Positions 58,161 through 64,000 of a DNA stretch of 64,000 nucleotides are shown here, in pieces (the stretch's first letter is position 1; every line of letters begins with the position of its first letter). Source of the DNA: Eledone cirrhosa (taxonomy: Eukaryota); NCBI GenBank assembly GCA_964016885.1, contig OZ024741.1, forward strand, positions 180,234,001-180,298,000. The letters run 5' to 3'. The notes below the pieces were generated by a model. It searched no databases and had not been told where the DNA came from. It saw nothing but the letters and a program-made list of their open reading frames with translations. A program made the translations under genes and the position numbers.

Positions 58161-58710
58161 CACTTGTTTAGTTCAGCTTTCAGCCATTTTGTATCGACAG
58201 TGTTTCTTTCTCTCAAAAGAAATTATTGAACAAGGATGATTTTAAACTTCGTTATTTGTTTAGAATTCTTTGGGACATCAACACCTAAGTAACACCACAA
58301 AACACAAATACAAAACAAATAAGAAGAAGCTTATTTTGTCATTCGTTTTGTGTTTGTTTTCGTTTTTCTTTCCTTTTCTTTTTTTTTTTATTGGCCTTCT
58401 TTTGTTTTCTGTTTCGGCATTTACTGTTAATATTATTTTGTTGTTGTTTTTTTTTGCATTATTTTTCGGCATTTTACTATTATTATTTATTGTATTCCTT
58501 CTATTTACCATTTTGTCCCAAGACATAAAAGTCTGGAATCTTCCACTGAACCTGTTCGTCTACAAAGCATTATTCTGTATCCGTAATTACACCTTCTTTT
58601 AATCTTTGGATCGAATGTTTGGACTTTTCAAATTTCTCTCGAAGATTTCAGCTCTCACTGACAACAGTGAGTAATTTGTGGTTTTTACTAAAAATAACCA
58701 ACTTCTCAAA

Positions 58711-58790
<80 letters not shown>

Positions 58791-59747
58791 AATTTTAACC
58801 TACATGCATACATACATATTTACATACGCACGTACATACATACATACATACTTACGTACGTGTATGCGTATATACAGGCATTCATACATATAAACACACA
58901 AACACATATGTACACACATACATACATTCATATACATACATACATAAGTACGTATATACATATACACATACAAACATACATACACACACATACATACATA
59001 CATACATACATACATACATACATACATACATACATACATACATACATAAACATAACATTTCTTTGCGAAGATATACGTAAAAGAAGTGTTTCTTTGAGGT
59101 CTTGTGTAAGATATCCGGCCACATTATCTACCATTGCGATTTCAGCTTCTTACGATTTTTGGCAAATTTTAAAAATCTGGTTTTAGCCTGAAAAAATTTT
59201 GGCGATTCTCCCATTTGGACTGGGATTCGAATTTATCATATCTTTCTTTTCAGATTTGGACCAAGAAAGAATTGTGACATCGACTCGCAATTTTCCGTTT
59301 TGCTTTCCAGGAAATATCTACTTTCTAGTTAGCGCTATCTTCGTAGCTTTCATCGGTCAAGGAAGGTCTGAACAAGACAGGAAATATCTCATTTGAAGAC
59401 AAACCAATACAGCTTGGTACATCAAAAACATATATATATATGTGTATATATATATATATATGAATGAATGTATGTATGTATGTATGTATATATGTACGTA
59501 TATCAATTGCGTTTAGCATTTATTTATGTCCTTCGCTTATGGTTGGCAGTCTCTGGTATTTCTATATGGTAAGTCCTTTCATGCGACAAAATACGATAGC
59601 GTGTTATGATGTAATAGAAAGGTTGCGAAATTACATCAAGAATTTCAGTGACATACAACCTTCACACAGCATTCCAAGTCGAACGATAAAATGGCAAATT
59701 TCTTCGTCAGTGATGTCACTGAAGCTAGCGAGGGATCAGATGACCAC

Positions 59748-59762
59748 TTAATAATAATAATG

Positions 59763-59807
<45 letters not shown>

Positions 59808-59861
59808 CCAACAACAATAACAGTAACAACAAAAGACCAATAAATGATGATAGCGACAATG

Positions 59862-59899
<38 letters not shown>

Positions 59900-59956
59900 C
59901 ATTATCATAATCCTTCTCCTCGTCATCAGCATCACCACCACCACTACCAGCGCCGC

Positions 59957-60002
<46 letters not shown>

Positions 60003-60003
60003 G

Positions 60004-60065
<62 letters not shown>
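59748..60065. repeat. Compound trinucleotide repeats (AAC)n, (ATT)n, (ATC)n
   Basis: Directly visible. Confidence 0.93.
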
Positions 60066-60274
60066 GGTGGTGATGGTGATAATGATGCTACAAAAAAATG
60101 GCATTTCCGTCTTGTAATAACAATTCCAGTAAGTTTTTGGCAGGAACTCGGCGTCCATTCTCGAAAATATTCCACGGAACAAGAAAAAAAGAAAAAAAAT
60201 GCTGGAAGCGAAGGAGCGATTAATTGAACAGAGGTTGAAATGATGGTTATTTACCAATTACACACACACACTGC

Positions 60275-60387
<113 letters not shown>

Positions 60388-61112
60388 TGTAAATTATATT
60401 ATATATTCTATTTTCCTTCCTTGGTTGGTGACAGAGTTGCAGTGTATAATTTCAGTTTGGTGTGGCTGGCCGATATTTCGGTTGCAATACTTTGTGAGGT
60501 TTGTTTGCTTGTTTTTCTTTGTTATACAAAACAAACAAACAAAAAAATCAATAAAAAATAAAAGAAAATAATTTGTAAAACACACGAAAAAGTCCCACTG
60601 AAGATCAATAATTTTTTCTATGATGATTCGATGATTATAAGATATAGGAAAGAAAGAATACACATGACAATGTTTTCTCTTAAATCTGTTGAATGGATTT
60701 GGCTACAGTGTTTCTTTATCAACATAAATATGTTAGGATATGGTTTTCTTTTTTCTCTTTAAAGCGTCGTGGTTAGTGGAGCCAACGATGAGTGTTCCAG
60801 CTGTTCAAACAACTGAACAGAGCCCTGTTTAACGTACAAGTGGCTGTGCATTCCACAAGCACGTGTACACTAAATGTAATTCTCATGGAAATTCGGTGTG
60901 TGACATAGTGTGACCATTTGAATTACAGGTACTGTCTATCTTGTGGTATAGTGTACGTAGTTGAGTATTCCAGATATGTGAACCCCTTAACATAATTCTC
61001 GGGGGATCAGCATACTACAATGTGACATGACTGGGCCTTTAAAATAGACGTAAGTCCCTCTTGTATTATTGTGGAAGTGGTTGAATATTCCAAAGACATG
61101 TGTTCTCGTTAG

Positions 61113-61300
61113 TGAAGGCGCGTGGCTGAGTGGTTAGAGAATTGGATTCGCAATCGTGAGGTTGTGAGCTCGATTCCCAGACCGAACAATGCGAACACTT
61201 TATTTCACGTTGTTCCTTCTGCCTGGAATTGCGACCGATAGATAGTATTAGCAATTGGAAAGACGATGGAAACATCGTTTCCTCGGTCCGATTTGACGAG
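61113..61300 (+). mobile_element. tRNA-derived SINE, second family, with intact Pol III boxes
   Basis: GGCGCGTGGCTGAGTGGTTAGA (A box) and GCTCGATTCCC (B box) followed by a non-tRNA body; second copy at 39795. Confidence 0.85.
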
Positions 61301-62131
61301 CACCACCACACTCGTTAAGCAAATGAGGTTTGGGGATCTTGTTGATCGACTGTTATATATATGTGTACTCTTAACGTAATTCTCGGTGAGAATCAACGAG
61401 ACATATTGTGTCAGAAAACAGTCCCTGTAAATTACAAATACAATTCATTATTTTATTTATTTATTTATTTATTTATTTTTTACAATGGCTTGGAGCATTG
61501 TAAAACAAAGTGTCTTGCTCATTGAAAAAATTCCGCTTCGAGAATCCAATTAATGATTTTACGATCGTGTATCGAACACCCTTATTACTAAGCCATACAC
61601 CTTCACTAACCTAACACCATTATAAACACACACATATATATATATAGAAAGAGAGCCGTTAAGGAAGTGGTACTAAACCTTTTTTTTTTTTTAACCTGCC
61701 ACGACTATTAATAATAAGTGATTCTTAAGCATTTTTTAACCAGCCTTTACTATAAAAGGCAGGTGGAATCGCTAAACAAGTGATTCTTAACCATTTGGGG
61801 GGGGGGGGGGGGGGGGGCGAGCCACCCATCAATATTTGTATTTTTTAAAAAAGGGAACCGTTAAAGCAGTGGTTCCTTACCATTTTTATTGACTTTATGA
61901 CCTAACACGACATCTAGAAATATGCAATGCCCTATATCAATATATAAAAGAACATTTTTTGTTACGAAAATATAATACTTTTATTATTTTAATGGTTTCG
62001 ATAATAAGGCAATGACCATACTGGGGCACAGTCTTCAAGGGATTTTAGTCGATCATATCGGCCCCAGTATTTTATTTTTTCAAGTTTGATGTTTATTTTG
62101 TAGAACCGTACATAGACAAACAGTAAACGTG

Positions 62132-62176
<45 letters not shown>

Positions 62177-62186
62177 CACACACACA

Positions 62187-62272
<86 letters not shown>

Positions 62273-62949
62273 TACATGTATAAATTTATTTATTCAACTT
62301 TTTAGCAAAAGGAGCTTTGCTAAAATATCATAGCTATGCTGTAAGAAACTGAATAAATAAAATTATATGTATACTGGAAAAAATGAAACGAAATTTCATT
62401 TCTCACTCTTAGTACGGCTGTTACTTAAATATAAGTATGTATACGTACATACATATATGTATACAGACGTACAGTAGTATGTATATATATACATACATGC
62501 ACACATATATATATGTACGTATGGATTCACCGAACATTTATTATAATGCTCGGTTTGTTTGTAAACAAACATCCCGAATTAAGCCGTACAGTGTTTAGCA
62601 ACCATCGTTGCCCTTTTGTTCAACACTGACAAAGGAACGATGTACTAGTTTCAAGCTTATTAGCTATCGTCAGCACCGTATACCTTCCTGCCAGATGATT
62701 GAACGTCTGAAAGTATATACTTTCCTTATGCATATTAACGTATACTCCATTATCAATATTGAGTTCTGCCTTTCTTTGTAGATAAATAAAATCACTAAAT
62801 CTGAACATTATAAATATATGTGTGTGTCTGTATATGTGTGTCCCCGTGTATGTATGTATGTATGTATGTATGTATGTATGTATGTATGTATGTATGTATG
62901 TATGTATGTATGTATGTGTTATGTATGTATATGCATGTGTATGTATATG

Positions 62950-63215
62950 CGCGGGGACAGAAATAATCTGGCTGGATACCCGATCGCGTGGTTAAACCAC
63001 GTGAGTGAAGGACCCCTTTGTCAGGGCATTCTTCTAGGAGAAGGCAACTCAGGAAACTGAGATAACTCCGACATAAAACCTGCGGCTCAGTAGTTACCGA
63101 TGATGTTGATCTCTTCTTCTTTTCGGGTTATAGCTACTATTGCTCAGAGAGTGGGATTGGCTCAGTACACAGTCTTTCCTCACTTTAAAAAAATCTTTAG
63201 GCACAGGCATTGCAC
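62950..63215 (+). mobile_element. RTE 5'UTR-like fragment / head of a bipartite RTE derivative, directly after (TATG)n
   Basis: TTCTAGGAGAAGGCAACTC...AAACCTGCGGCT...GATGATGTTGA...GAGAGTGGGATTGGC...GGCACAGGCATTGC aligns by eye with the minus strand of 17475-17660 and 50500-50640. Confidence 0.68.
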
Positions 63216-63804
63216 TATAGCATTAATTGATAATTATCAATAATGTTATATCGTGCAATGGCAATACTCGATAACGAGGTATGTATAGTGGGTTGTGTAG
63301 TGGTTGTAGTTGCATGCTGTTGAAGGCAATGTTACGTAAGTGAGAAAGGAGGACGAAGAGAAACGAGAAGGTTAGACGTGAGGTAAGAAGAGTGAGCTAA
63401 AGGGAGCTGGGAAGAATTAGAACAAAATAAACGAGACAAAACTTGTTTAAAACAGAACGTTTTTGTGTTTTATTGTTTGTTTAGATGAAGCTAAAAATGT
63501 GTATTGATGAAGTAAAAGTGGAAAGTGTGAGTTAAAGTTAGAATTAAAATTAGTATATTTACAGTGAAAAGACATGTGGCTGCAGACGACAAGCCTTGTT
63601 GCTATGTTAGTATGGGTTAGTTACTTGTTAGGGGCGCTTTAGGATCTAAAATCTTTCTCCAGATTTGGTCATTCTTGGCTTGGCAAATGCATCACCAGTT
63701 AGAGTATGTGTACGTATGTTTCCATGAGTCCAAGCCACTCCGACGGTTTAGGGTAAGCTCCCGCTCCCTAAATAAAATGCGGCACCGCTATTCGGAAGCT
63801 TATC

Positions 63805-63914
<110 letters not shown>

Positions 63915-64000
63915 AATATAATCACTTATTTCCTAATGTTTGTTGAGTGAGTTAGAATTTGGCCGGAATATCGATAAAAAGCTTTCTCCGATATTGTATT

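Noticed and set aside
58270-58602. Hydrophobic 110-aa ORF resembling a membrane protein
   Set aside because: Result of a T-rich low-complexity tract; non-ATG start and no recognisable motif.
61113-61190. tRNA gene
   Set aside because: A and B boxes are present but there is no complete cloverleaf; it continues into a SINE body with a second copy at 39795.
63735-63790. Possible hammerhead relic around TTTAGGG...CCCTAAA
   Set aside because: Both core segments deviate at several positions; only a hairpin is supported.

Overview
Eukaryotic, gene-poor, repeat-saturated DNA. The SINE families and the very heavy (AT)n/(TACA)n/(CA)n/(ACC)n load suggest an octopod cephalopod (inference, not checked by search). 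I can support no host protein-coding gene, tRNA, rRNA or CRISPR array, and nearly all ORFs in the track are microsatellite read-throughs. Recognisable content: a decayed Tx1/L1-type LINE (1-4030); a young 2.1-kb non-autonomous LTR element with 371-bp near-identical LTRs, a tRNA-Trp primer site and an AGCT target duplication, inserted into a 33-bp minisatellite; several RTE-clade LINE fragments; Penelope-like elements (GIY-YIG and RT remnants); tRNA-derived SINEs; hAT-type MITEs; and a non-autonomous Helitron cluster. Three observations stand out. (1) RTE LINEs with C-terminal C2H2 zinc-finger arrays are stacked head-to-tail inside (TATG)n repeats and share a sequence-divergent but structurally conserved 3' hairpin. 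(2) At least six distinct hammerhead-ribozyme-like families lie between 40 and 55.3 kb, mostly in short, often fold-back inserts beside (AT)n, (GA)n or (GT)n repeats. (3) The LTR element's structure is complete, with no recognisable coding region.
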